Shown piece after piece: positions 37,956 to 51,099 of a DNA stretch of 64,000 bases. Made by a program: the position numbers and the translations under genes. Numbering within the stretch: the stretch's first letter is position 1; every line of letters starts with the position of its first letter. Under the pieces are notes generated by a model, which saw only the letters and a list, made by a program, of their open reading frames with translations, was not told the origin of the DNA and ran no database searches. This stretch comes from Camelus ferus (lineage: Eukaryota). The DNA lies in assembly GCF_009834535.1 (NCBI RefSeq), contig NC_045697.1, positions 22,446,001 to 22,510,000 of the forward strand, in the 5' to 3' direction.

Positions 37956-39424
37956 GAAAATTAAGGAATAAAACCTTTACTATGTGTGATTTCCATTCCT
38001 ACCATGTGTTTCAACATATTATTAAGGATATTTTTCTTCCTTGCTTAATGAGGGTTGACTAAACTTCCTTTCATAGAGTAAGCAGCGTTATTATTCACAT
38101 TATAATGATAAAAATGCTTTGCCCCTATGATTCTTCCATGTTTTTTTTCTTTTATTTCTCTTTGCAATGTTGTATTAGTTTTTTTCCAGTTAAAGAAATT
38201 ATGGTTGATTTGGAAATGTTAATTTCTTCAAGCAGGTTGTATCATTGTTTCTCTGAATAAAAAATAACAAATATGCTGGACACACATACACACAAAAGGC
38301 ACAGAGAGAACATAGATAATGTATAATTTTTTTTCATACAATTTTTTATTCTGGGGCAGTAAGAGAATCTTTGCCAAGAAATCAGTGTTTGGAATCTGTT
38401 TGGATCATTATACTTGAGTGACTACTACCTGCAAATGCACAAAACAATAGGTCTGCCAAATATAATTATGAGAAGAGAGAAGTTTTTTGTTTTGTTTTTT
38501 TACTGGCATTACTCCATGACATAATTCAGTAGCATGATAAATTAGTAGACAGAATTAAGTGCCCCGTCAAGCCTTAACATTCTGTCCAAGTAATACACGA
38601 ACATATCTGTCCCAATCGAAGCTTAGGAATACCTCTCATGGATCTTTGCTTTGCTTTTTAGATTGTCTATCAATCAGAAACCACTGTGCTTGGATGTGAG
38701 GTAGGCAGCACCATTTTGTGTTTACATTTTTTACTCCTGGCAAAATGAAATGATTGACTTGTGAATGTCTTTTTTTTTTCATCTCTTATTAAATATGCTG
38801 TAGTTATTGAATAAAATAAAAATGAATGCTGAAATTGAAAATGAGCAAGTCCTAGAAAACTGACAAAAGTATTCCCTCTTACCAAGCAACTGATATATTG
38901 AGACAAATATAGGGGAAAAAAATTAACTTGGATAACCACATTATCTCATCATCTGGTAGTGTCAATGAATATTCTTAATTGAGAAAATACGGGGGAAATG
39001 TGAGTTTAAAGACAGAGCAGTGCACTGTAAATGGGCTCAACACTGAAACCATCTATAATATGGCATCAGGCTGATATAATATATCAGTTTCTCTTTCCTT
39101 CTTTTGCCTGATTTTGGTCTCATTACTGAAATGCAATGGCCTTTTTTTTATGATTATGCATCCCGAACCATTCATTCCCATAAAGTATTCGCTGAAATCA
39201 TAGTAAATACTAGCTTTTGTGCCAGGAACCACACATTTAAAGATAAATGGAGTCTGACCCCTAACTCTGACCACTCAGATATCAGGTTGGAGAGAATGAC
39301 ATATAAACAGAAAATAACACCAAAGCCATAAGAACCAAGTGATCCATGATATTGTGATTTATTATATCCCTTGCATCACAAATGATTCCACTAATATGAA
39401 ACTTCAGAGGGCCATCACCACCTT

Positions 39425-39881
39425 ATTAGAGGGTAGTTTGTATCTCTTAATCCCATGCCCCTTTCCTGTCGCCCCTGCTTCCCTCTCCCCACTGACAACC
39501 ACTAGTGTGTTTTCTGTATCCCTGAGTCTGTTTCTGTTAGGCTATATACACGTGATCATTTTATTTTTTAGGTTCACATGTAAGTGACATGGTACAGTAT
39601 TTGTCTTTCTCGGTCTGATTTGTTTCACTATGCATAATAATCTCTAGATCCTGGGTTAAGGTTATTCCTGGGTACTTTAATCTTTTTGATGTAATTTTGA
39701 ACAGGAATATATTTTTTACTTTCTCTTTCTGATAGTTCATTATTTGTTTACAGAAAAGCAACATGTTTTATATTGATCTTGTATCCTGCAACTTTATTGA
39801 ATTTGTTTGTTAGTTCTAACAGTTTTGGGGTAGAGACTTCAGGGTTTTTCACTTTAAAGTATCATATCATCTGCAAATAGG
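39425..39881 (-). mobile_element. L1 fragment: RT region fused to ORF2 C-terminus/3' UTR by internal deletion
   Basis: LFADDMI at ~39859-39881; ORF 39561..39764 reads LKYPGITLTQ|DLEIIMHSETNQTEKDKY. Confidence 0.88.
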
Positions 39882-41012
39882 CACGCTGGCAGCTATCACT
39901 CTGGTAGGGGGTGGGGTGGAGATGGCAGAGCTTGAGCGGGTACTGGATGTGGGGTAGAACTTCCCACCTGCTCAGTGGCCATCACCACCCTATAAGAGGG
40001 GATCTGATTCCATGTTACTGGAGCCAAAGCTCTGAGGGTCAGGCTTGAGCTGGCTCTGTTGTCTCCTCTTCTAGCATCAAGACTCTTGGCCCAGAATGGG
40101 AGAGTACTGAAGCAAGGTGGGACCTGTGGTGGTTCTGGGTTCATGTCAGTTGCAAACAGAGGTCTGAACTATCTCCAGTGTGTTGCCTGTACAGGCGTCA
40201 TTGTTTCCCTTGCTCTGCTCAGGAGCATCCTCAGGTCCCCTTTGTTCTTTACAGATGATCACTGCCCACAGCCTCCTCTATAATTAGTAATTTTAGAAGT
40301 GAATATTTATTATGTATTGTAATATGTTGTATTGGGGAAAAAAAAGCCTGTGGTTTCAAGTTTTGTAATCCTGCTACACATATTTCGTAATGCAACTTAG
40401 TTAAATTGGGCTTCCATCTCCTTTTTCCAAGTAAGAATAGTGATACCTTTATAAGTTTTCTAGACTTTTCAAATGAGATAATAAATTTGAAACTCTTTGG
40501 AAATTGGCAAAGGTAAAATATTACCCTTGAATTCAGGGGAACTTCATTTGTGTCATGGCTGGCTCATCCTGAGTAAGTCACTTAATCTCTGAGGAACTAT
40601 AAAATGAAGAATTTTGTCGATGATTACTAAGGTAACTTTAAAAAATTATCAGCCTGTGAATCTAAGATAAAATCACTATTAAATACAAGTAACTATGATA
40701 ATCCAGAACATCTGTATTGCCAGCAACTGTTTTCTTTTAAAAGTATTTTATAGTGTGATATTCTCAGGCAAAGCATAGTGAATTGGTCTGTTTGTGGTTG
40801 TTAAGTGACAATTTCCATTTTTTCTTTATACAGTGCCTTAGAAAATCCAGTCTTTGATAACTCAAACCACCACGTCTCCAGTTTCAAAAAATATATTAGT
40901 GATTCTTCCAAACAGTGACAAACTGACTTTTCCCTCCCATATAATATTAATTTTTGAGTTTTAAAAATATATAGGCTATGCGAAGAACAGAACAGGATTA
41001 AGTTTGGTGTTT

Positions 41013-41165
41013 TTCCTTGAAAGTCATCTCCAGAAGGTGGAGCTCCCAGGAACGGCAGCACACTGTCAGCTCCTTTGTGTTGCCAGTGCCACCACCTCGT
41101 TCCCAGAAGAGCATCTGTGAATTTTTGGAGCGAATGCTACACTTCTGGGAATGGTGCCCAGAACA
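41013..41165. promoter_or_regulatory. Candidate STAT (GAS) motif cluster
   Basis: TTCCTTGAA 41013-41021, TTCCCAGAA 41100-41108, TTCTGGGAA 41143-41151; one-mismatch sites at 41044-41052 and 41155-41163. Confidence 0.4.
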
Positions 41166-42184
41166 TGTAAGCTTCCGTGTCATTTTAGAAAGTCAGAGAG
41201 GGGACAATGAAATCTTCATTTGCTGCAGTCTTTTACGTGCAGTCATCAGTCCTGGGGCTAACAGCTGCAATATTCATATATCCTTATTTGTGGATTTTTT
41301 AAGAAAGACTTTTCCTGCATTGTGAGTGTGGTATTTTCTGCGGTTTCTCCTCCTCCAAACCCACCCCTATCCCATCCTCTTTTCACTGTCAAAAAAATAA
41401 ATAAATAAAACAAGCATTAACAATAACCAAAGGCACTATTGTCATACTTGAGTGATATGTATAAATCAAGGGTGTTTATTACATTCCCTCAGCTCAAAGG
41501 ATCATCTAAAAATATTTGAAGAATTTTAACAGGTAACATATATATTTTATGGAAACTTAAGCTGCACTGATGTGTAATCATTATTCTGATATTTGCATAC
41601 TTGTTTTAATGCACATTAGAAAAATATAACCAACACACCGAGCTTAGGATTTGAGAAATGTTTTGCTGCCTTAGGAATTAGCTAAAGTAATTAGTGACAC
41701 AGTAAGGGACTGTGCTTTGCAATGACCAGGTGAATTACAGAGGCGGTGCTCAGTAAATCCTGCAAGGATTCAGCCTTTAAAGCAGAATGTTTTACCATTA
41801 TGATTTGAAGTATGGATGGTAGGAGGCTATAGGTTGGAGGCAGGGGTTTTCATATAATGATTGACATGTATGTTATCTCAGTTCTTCTCATCAAGATATT
41901 GGAACTCCATTTTAAGAAGTTAATAATAAACCTACCAATTATACATAAATGATATGAATATGAGTTGGACTTGGTTGTGTGGTCTGTTTTTGTTTCCCTG
42001 CATATTTGTGTGTGTTGATTTCATCTCTATTAAACCATTTTGGATCAGTGGTTTAAAAAAGAGAATGTTAATACATAGAAATGAAAGTTATTTAAATATA
42101 ATGAGAGCATTCAAAATGTTAATATGATTAAAGTGCTCAAACCATATGAGGCACACAGTATAGATATTAAATTACAGCAATTAA

Positions 42185-42727
42185 TGTTAGGTATTTAGAT
42201 AAGCAGGAGCACTGGGCAGAAAAGTGGAGGAGAGGGAGGATGGCCTGGAAGATGGTGTTATGCCCGCCTCCAGCATAAAGGGACTTTACTTCTTCTAAAT
42301 GAGTGCCAGCAAAAAGCCGGTTAAATCCCGAAAGCCACCACTGCCTGGGAGCAGAAAAGACTTAACCGAACATGACCTAGTGCTCATTGTATTATAATTA
42401 ACACTGCAGTTTAGCCCCCCTCCATGGGTTTTTCTGTGTACACCGTGGGTAAGGACATGCGCAAAGGGGCCAAACATGACTAAGCACTCCAGGGACAAGA
42501 GCTGTCAATCAATCAAGAGACCGCCTCTAAGCGAGGGTATAAGACGGGAGACAGAAACCACCGCTTTTCCTCCCTTGGATCAGCCTGCCTCCTGTTCTTG
42601 GGGGTGTACTTTTCCTTTTTTTTAATAAATCTTTTAAAATCTTTTGCTACACAATGCACTGTCTCCCGACTATCACTGTGTCTTTTGAGTACAGCAAGAA
42701 TCAGGGTCTTTACCTTTTGGGGTAACA
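42185..42727 (+). mobile_element. ERV1-class solo LTR, relatively young
   Basis: TG...CA ends (tgttagg...ggtaaca), TATA-like gggtataag ~42535, AATAAA ~42624, CpGs retained; no clean TSD, so the left end is uncertain. Confidence 0.8.
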
Positions 42728-45210
42728 TCACTACTATACCTCTGCTGCTACTATTCTATTGTTAAGTTTGTGATGAAATCTGCATATGTCTTGAGAGACA
42801 CATTAAATAAAAATCTTAATTTTCTGTTAAGTGTTACAGAAGTAACAACTGCAATGTAAATCTTGAAAATATTATAAAAAGCATTTAAAATTTAAATTTT
42901 CATGAAACTGTAAACAAGAACTAACTAATTCCTTTAAGTGTGGAGATGCTCCCAAATTCTATGACATTATTTGACCTTAAGCAACATTGTGAAACTTTCA
43001 AAGAATAAAACAAAGTGAAAAAAGCATTCAAGCATTTTAGAAACTTGTTAACACTCTGATTGGATAAAAATGCTAATACTTTAGAATATTCATGTATCAT
43101 GTTTTATTTACTCACAAAGCTTAAAGATTCTGGCATAATTTGTAAATAAACTGATCACATCCACTGTCAAAATGGCTTAAATAAGCAGGGACAAGTGAAA
43201 GAACTGGTAAGATGCTTCTGTCAAATAATATAGTTCATTGGAAAACTGCAGGTACATCTAAACACTTAAGGTGGCAAATATCACGACTGTGATAAAATCT
43301 ACTTTATTTATTCTAAGTGGACAGATCCTCTGGTGGTGTGATTTTAGTTAGTATCCAGTGTGTTATATTTGAGCTAAATACTGAGCCCATGCAGACCCTT
43401 AGTTCTGCCAGTCTTGGCCAACCAGCACAGCTGGAATAGAGATTTTAAAAGTTGTTAATAACTTCACAACATAGTCTAGAAGTGACTTATCGGCATAAGC
43501 ACAAAGAGTCACAATTCGTGCAAAATAAGAACTTGTTCCACATAGTCTAACTGCATCATGGGAGGTAAAGCCCCATATCCCCAACCCCAGGCCACCCCAG
43601 ACTTGCAGGAGACTTAAGTGACGTACGTAAAGCTGTGAAAACAGATCGAACATTGACAACAGAAGCCACTGAACACTCAACATATTTTCTAATGTTTGTC
43701 TAGAATTGAGTGTCTACAACAAATAAAGATGGTTTTTTACTAAAATCTTTTGTATTTTTTGTGTTGAAAGTTATCCCTTTTCTATCGAGGCAAAAGAACA
43801 ACTTTAGTATATTTTACTTTGAGGTTAAAATCTTTAATATGTGGCTTTGTATGCAGTAAAAGGGACAGCCTTTGCATATTAGAGTATTTTCCAGATCTAT
43901 CAGCCCAATGGGGCAGCCTTAACTTATTTTTACAAAATTTATTTATATCGGTATTCCAGATGTGAGACAGACTGAACTCATTAGTAGCAAAATCGAAGCA
44001 TTAGCTATCAAGTCTTGATCATGGTATGTTTGATTGTTTCATGTGTTAGAATGTCTTAGTTATAAATTCATTTGAAGTATTGTTGAAAAGTGTCTTAATC
44101 ATTATGAAGACACTGTGAATGGATAACAAAAGTAAATGGTCTTCATCTGTAATCGCCCATACTGAACACCACTTACGTCTTGCTAAGAAATGCCTTTGTC
44201 CCCTGATGTGTTGCAAACGTAATCAGATTGGTTGACATGTCCTGAAGAAAATAATTTGAACATTTCAGATGCTCTCTTGGAACAAAAGTTTGTTGTTCAA
44301 AGTTGCTCATCTTACTTTGATTAACAATGAATTCTCAGTTTCAGAATTTATCACACACACACACACAAAAATTAAATAACTTTTGTAGTTTTGAGATATG
44401 TATGTTTCAATTGAGGTTCTCAGAACTGTCAGTATAAAAAGCAATGAGCTTGTCATGTTAAATTAAGCTTAATTTTAATGTTTAACTTAGTTTCAAGGGT
44501 CCAAAACTTGATTACTGAGCAACAACATACATTTCCATTCTACTTCTTGAAAAATTAATTTTTAAGCATGTGATTGTTACATTGATTAAATTAATGGCTA
44601 TTTTTTGATTTAAAGTTTTTTTACATTTAATATTTTGGTGTAGTGGTATTAATTATTACAACAGTGATAAAAGCCTATGTAATGTATTTTTAGGCAAAAA
44701 ATAATACAAAATACTAACTAATAATACTACAACTGTACTATAAACACATATAGCAAAAACAGAGGTTTTATGCAAATAATTTTAAGAGCTATCAACTTAA
44801 ACTAAAAAACTTAATGGGCTATAGAAAAATAGGTTTTTCTTGACTTTTCATCCATTTGAAGATATGACTAAGCGTCTTTTTTTTGATGAAAAATCTGGTG
44901 TCGAGTCTATCAAGTAGATTAAAAAATCTGGATAACTAAATTTTTACAGGTTCACCCAAATGTTTGTCATCAGACTCTTTTGTCAGAAAGATCAATTTTC
45001 TGGGTCAAATTGTAAATTACATGAATTTTTGATCCCCATCTGTTGGAGATTTTATTAAAATTAATCTACAAAAAAATCATCAGTATTGTAGTTACTTGTA
45101 GTAAATCTATTACTATAGTTGATAAAAATATGTGCTATACTTTGTTTTCAAACAAAATTTATTTGTAAATCTCATACTATTTGGGGGATCTATTTGTATT
45201 CTTTTAATGA

Positions 45211-45274
45211 ATATCTATATCTATATCTATATCTATATCATCTATATAGAAGATAGATAGATAGATAGATAGAT
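45211..45274. repeat. Compound (ATATCT)n/(AGAT)n microsatellite
   Basis: Direct reading. Confidence 0.9.
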
Positions 45275-47338
45275 TAGAGAACTTTTCAAATTTCCTTAGA
45301 AATTTAGAAATATTTCCAGTTCTTAGGAACAATTTATTCAAGGGTTTGAGACTAAAAAAAATGACTATCCTCACTTTGGTTCCTGGAAAGATTTCATTAG
45401 TCAACCTACACACTCAACCCATACAACACACTTGGCATTGAATGTTAGGACAGACTGTGACAATGAAACGGGCACTCCGGAGCATAGCCCCTTCTAGGCA
45501 CTGCAAGCCATGATCTTGGTGCTTCAATAAAAAGATGACAGTTAAATAAGTCAACTACTTCCCTTGAGAGGAGTCACTACCTAGAGAAGGACTTATAGCT
45601 GAAGATGCATATGAAGACTTGCATTTCAACATGTGAAAGAAGAAAAATGTGTACAGAACCAAGTGGTCAATCTCTACTTGCAACACTATCTACAATTATG
45701 TAATCATTGGTTATGGGAAGATAGTGACCCTGGTCATTCAAGATTATTTCACCTCTTTCAGCCTAAATAAATTCTTAGGCAATATCTCCTATCTGAAGCA
45801 TTTGTCCCAAAGGTAGATTGTTGGCTTTGCAGACTTTGCTGAAATGCTCTGATTTTCAAGACACTTACAAGGACAAAAGAGAGTGATGATTCTAGGTTTC
45901 TAGCTTAGGAAACTCAGACATCCAAGCACCTAAATCCTCCCAAGTCTGATCACACATTAGTTTCTCTTTACTGATACTCTGATCTCAAGATGATTAAATC
46001 GCATCACATTCATTGCTTGGGTATCAGTGGTTTAGCGATATCTGTTCTTATTTCTTGTGGTGAGATTTGCTTGTATACGTTGCACACGGTGTAAATGTCC
46101 ACAGTCTTGGAACAGTAAAGCCAAAAGGGACCTCATGAATTATTTATTTCAATGTGTTCAGTTTAGGACAGTGAAAATGCAACTCAAACATGTTAAGTAC
46201 TTTTTCTAAAATTGTGATAATTAATTAGTACCATGGCTAGCTCTAAAACCTAGATCTTCCAATTGCCAAACCCATGTTTACTCACTTCCAAAGAGTTTTT
46301 ATATTCCAGAATTTAGTTTTAATTTGTACCAGAAAGCTGGCCATATATTTTACTATGTAATTAGTTAGAGGTATGGCATTTTGTTGAAGTCACTTCTCTA
46401 AAGACTTTGAACATTAGCAAAAGAAGTACTTAAGTTCTCAGTGTTTGATTGAAAAGATACAGGTGTGTGTGTTCATTTTTAAAGCTAACTCTCAGTATTC
46501 TGGTCTTTACTATGTATCAGACATGGTGATAAGTGCTTGACATATGATAGCTTAAATACCAGCTGATGGAAGTGACATGAGGGAGGGGCAATCAGTGAGT
46601 AATCACCATGTGTCAGATGTTATATATCCCCCAGACCACACTTTATAAGGTCAATACTGCTAAAGATAATACCTACCATATTTTGGAGTGACCAGTACTA
46701 TCAGTCACTTTACAAATAAGATTATCTGATTTTCATTAAAATATCCTTGTTTTTTTCCCCCAGTAATATGTTGCATATAAGAAAAATAAGGCTGGGAAAT
46801 TTCAGCTGTGGTCTACTGTCCAAGCACTGTCCCTCAGCAATACCCTACACACGTGCCGTGCTCTCTCAACAGCTATTTATTTTCATGACTGGAGAACTCA
46901 TTATCTTATTTGCCTCAAAATGCCTCAGCATGTCAGATTCTCTCTGCCTGAAATATTGCTCCAGACATCCTTCTCATTTTCCCACCATCTATTTCTCCCA
47001 CTAGACAAAGATTACAATAGATATGGAATTATCTTTCACATCTGTGTCAGAATTTAGCATAGTATTGAACATAGATGAAGTATCCACAACATTTTTTTAT
47101 AAACGCAAATAACATTCTTTCACTTCTGGGGCTGATGAATACTCTGGTGAACCATTAATAACAAATGTCAATAAGGGTATTTTTAATTACATCCAGCTGG
47201 GTCCGGTTATTTAGGAAGAATTCTTTCACAGAAAATTAATATTGGTGTTACCAAATCACCCCATCTGTATTCAGGACGTTGTACATCAGTTACCTTTGAC
47301 TTTGTTTATAGAAGTAGAATTCCACCTTGGAAAAGCTC

Positions 47339-47784
47339 CATATCAGCCAGGGTTCCCCAAAGAAACAGAACCAATGAGGTTTATGTGTATTTATATTAAC
47401 AGGTTTATTTTAAGGAATTGGTTCACATAATTGTGAGGACTGGCAGGTTTGCCAGCTGGGAACAAGCAAACATTGATGTTGCCGTCTTGAGTCCAAAGTC
47501 CATAGGGTAATCCAGCAGACTGAAAACTCAGACAAGACTTAGTCTTGAGGCAAAGTTATGTCTTTTCTGGGAAACCTCAACATTGCTCTAAAGGCCTTCA
47601 GCTGATTAATGAGGCTCACCCACATTATGGAGTGTAGTCTCTTTCACTTGAAGTCTATTAACTGTAGATGTTAGTCACATCTACAAAATAACTTCACAGC
47701 AACAACTAGACTAGACTTTGACCAATAACACTAGGCTGGACCCCATAGCATAGCCAAGTTGACACATAAAACTTACCCATCAAA
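47339..47784 (-). mobile_element. MLT2D-like (ERVL) solo LTR
   Basis: cagggttccccaaagaaacagaaccaat...cacatctacaaaata...gccaagttgacacataaa; TSD agctc/aactc. Confidence 0.9.
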
Positions 47785-50667
47785 AACTCCATGGGTTTTA
47801 GCCCAAAATAGCACTTGTAGATGAAGGAGAGTGCAGACTTCCAGAATATCTTTCTATGTATCATGTAAACCCTCGCTAAGTCTGAGTACAGATGGTTGAA
47901 GATGGATTAAGGTGTTATAAAACCCCTTGTCCACTAGTAATTCAGCAGGACTGATGACCATGTGTGAACACGGCACACTCTGCACTATAGTAAACCTGGT
48001 AAACCTTGGCCACTAGTCTCCATCAACAATCAGCTCCAGACAGTGCATACAAGTCAACAGTATCCTCAGAACCTAAGTATTTGCTTAAGGGTATAAGGTG
48101 TGATGGTAAGATACTGGGTAATTTTCCATATCAAAATAACAGACAAAAACATGTTTTTCTTAAACTGATACTTGAAATGAGAAAGGAGGAAACTCTGAAA
48201 TCTTTTGAGAAATCTAACCTATATTCAGGAAGTTTTCACCTGGAAGTGCCCTGTAAAATTAATGTAGCTTTGAAAGTACTCTTGATCTTTGGAAAAGTAG
48301 TTCCCATTGTTGAGTTATGCCTCAGAGCTAAGGGTCTGGTATATTTCTAATTCTGTTTTCAATTTTAAACACAATGCTTAGGGCATGAAGCAAAGCACTT
48401 CACCAGTGATTTCTTGAGAACAAGTCTTGGATTTTCCACATAGAAGACATTTATGATGATGCATTATCTGTTGTTAAGAAATGCAATGTGATTTACAAAA
48501 AAGTCATTCTTTACAGGCAGAAAACCCAGGTTGAAATGTGCTCCATTACTGACCACCCTCAACATTTCTATTTTAACTATAAGCCAAAGTGAATCATGAG
48601 TAATTACTCATGTTGCTCAGCCTGTTTCACACGATTCTGCTGTTACCCAAACTTATAGTGGATGGGCTGTAATAGCTAAATTCTGCATTGGCATAAATTG
48701 TAGACTTTTATGGAAGGATCCATCAAACAAAATTTCCAGAAAAAAACCTGCATATACGTTGACATAAATAAGAGTTAAGGATTAACATAGGATCACAAAA
48801 AAAGCTTTATAAAGTAATTGGCATAGGTAGAACTATGGTTATAAACAGGCAATCATAGAACTTAACTATCTTAACTAAGTTACTCTGACCTGACTTTAAT
48901 TCTTATTTAGAAAACACTTGATATCTCAGTTTAAACCAGTACTTTCTCCACTAAGAAAGCTAATATTGGAAGGCAAAGGTCATAGTAATGTGCAATAGCA
49001 GTTTCTCTTTATTGCTACATAGAAATGACGCAGAAGTCAATAGCTGTTTGACATTCTCAGTAGCATCTTCACGATGGCAGATTTGAACTTAATGAAGCCT
49101 GTTTTTAGTATAATTGCAGGAAGAAACCTCTTTTTTTAGAATGATCTGTTTTGTTTATTTTTGCTATGGAATGAAAACATCATATGGTTTTTCACCAGTC
49201 ATTTGATGGGCATCTTTTTTTCAAAATGCTTTGTGAATTATTTTTACTCACAGGGTTAGTTCAAATTTTAGAAAAGAAGTCATTATCATCTTGGTCAGGA
49301 GCCCATTTTCAGATTTTGTAACACACTTCTGCCCCTCTCATGATTTTCAAGAAGCGGGGAAAAAGTCGATATGCAGTTTCGTTCGAAGATCGACCTTGAA
49401 GAGCTCTCCACTTTTCCCTTGCTACAGTGTTTAGATAGGAAGTTTAGTCCAGAATTTTACGTGAATAAAAAATGTCTTACTGCAGAGCTAGTTACTACTT
49501 GAACTTTTATTTTACCACTATCCATCTGAAGCTGCCTATGGTGCCTTCAGTTACTCACCTCTCATATTTTCCTTAAAGAGTAGATTAGCAAGAAGAGTGG
49601 CCCCTTCTTCCAGTTTAGAACGGATTCTTTTTCTTACTTTTTCTTGGAAGGGAGGGTATTCAAGACTTAGTGTGCATGTTTTCTTTGAATTCCCTTTATG
49701 CACATTTTTAACCTTGCAGGGAAAATGAACCACATACATACAACACTGAGCCTGTCTTTTTTGCATTTTCAAATTACTAGCTTGAATTACACATGTTGAG
49801 CTTGCTAACATTGTCCACTTGCCTCAGGGAATTATTGTTAAAAGACAATTTAAAACATTGACTCTGAAGAGTCACAGTCTCTTAGGATGGCAAACATTTC
49901 ATATAACAAAATCTTATCTTTTCGAATTTTAGAGTCAAATAGCAACAATTCTAAGACCCAGTTTTCTTGAAACCATGCTGGTGTTCGACTCAGGAACGGC
50001 TATTTGCTGTGTATGATTTGTATGGAGGAGACAGATTGTTCCTTTTTCCCATTTTTATTGTGCACTTGTTAATCTGTTTCTAAAGGTATTATGCTAATTA
50101 TAACACTACTCTTCACATTCAGAATCCGAATTGCTCATTTTCAAGTTTTGCTTTTTTTTTTTTCAAATTGTAATCTGTTAATTACTTGTTTAATGGAGTG
50201 TGTAATTACCTACTTTAAGTTAGGAAACTGTTTCCATTTCAAAGACAGAAACTTATTTTAGAAATGAAAGACTATAAATGCAATCCTTTTTGATACAGAA
50301 TATAACTCTTTACCTTCCTTAATGGTTCTAAGTGAGAAAATTGGATTGAAAATCAACTCTTATTTTCTCTTTATGTTTTTGTGCATACCATATCAAACAT
50401 AGGTGAAATTTATGATGAAGGTAACAGGTTATCATTTAGCTACACTTTGCAGAGCAATTTTATTGTCTATTTGTGCCATTTAAATGACTAAACACCAGAG
50501 TAGAAGGAAAATTACTAATCTCCAGAGTAGAAAAATCAAGTTATTAATATGATACAGTTTTAAAGTGTTTTCTTTTTCAAATCCTTGGCCAAAAGAGCAA
50601 ATGGAGTCAACAAAAAGATTAAGTATGGGAACAACATATAAGAGAAGTGGAACAATTTAGGAAATAC

Positions 50668-50870
50668 AACAATAATAAATAATGTTAATTGAGTTTGGGG
50701 CTTATATATGATTTATACACTCTATCTAAGCAACATCAAGTATAAGGAATAGCCAGGATGATCTTTTGTCACCTATGAGGAGACTGGGCCTTACAGGTAT
50801 TAAGTAAAATTTGCTATTGACACTTAAGCAGAAGTAAAGGCTTCATACTCCAAGCCAATGCCTCCAAACA
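50668..50870 (-). mobile_element. MIR SINE
   Basis: atgaggagactgggcc...aggtattaagtaa...ccaagccaatgcctccaaa. Confidence 0.6.
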
Positions 50871-51099
50871 ACTTGTTGGCTACTATAATGGAGTAATTGG
50901 ATTTGTATAATCTTAGGGAATGAAGGACAATGGACTTATTCATGATATTTTGATGACCATTTAGTCTCTTGATGGTCTTTAATGTTGGGGTTGAAATTGA
51001 TCAGAAGAGCTCTTGATAGCAAGATTTCCATATTGAATGAGAAAAGAAGCAATATACCAGGGCTCTTTACTGAAAACGTCTGTAATGTAAGGACAACTG

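Noticed and set aside
45211..45274. Fold-back potential of the ATATCT/AGAT tracts
   Set aside because: A trivial consequence of adjacent complementary microsatellites.
48006..48350. 114-aa ORF in unique DNA
   Set aside because: TTG start, no recognisable domain or convincing splice context; a length expected by chance in 64 kb.
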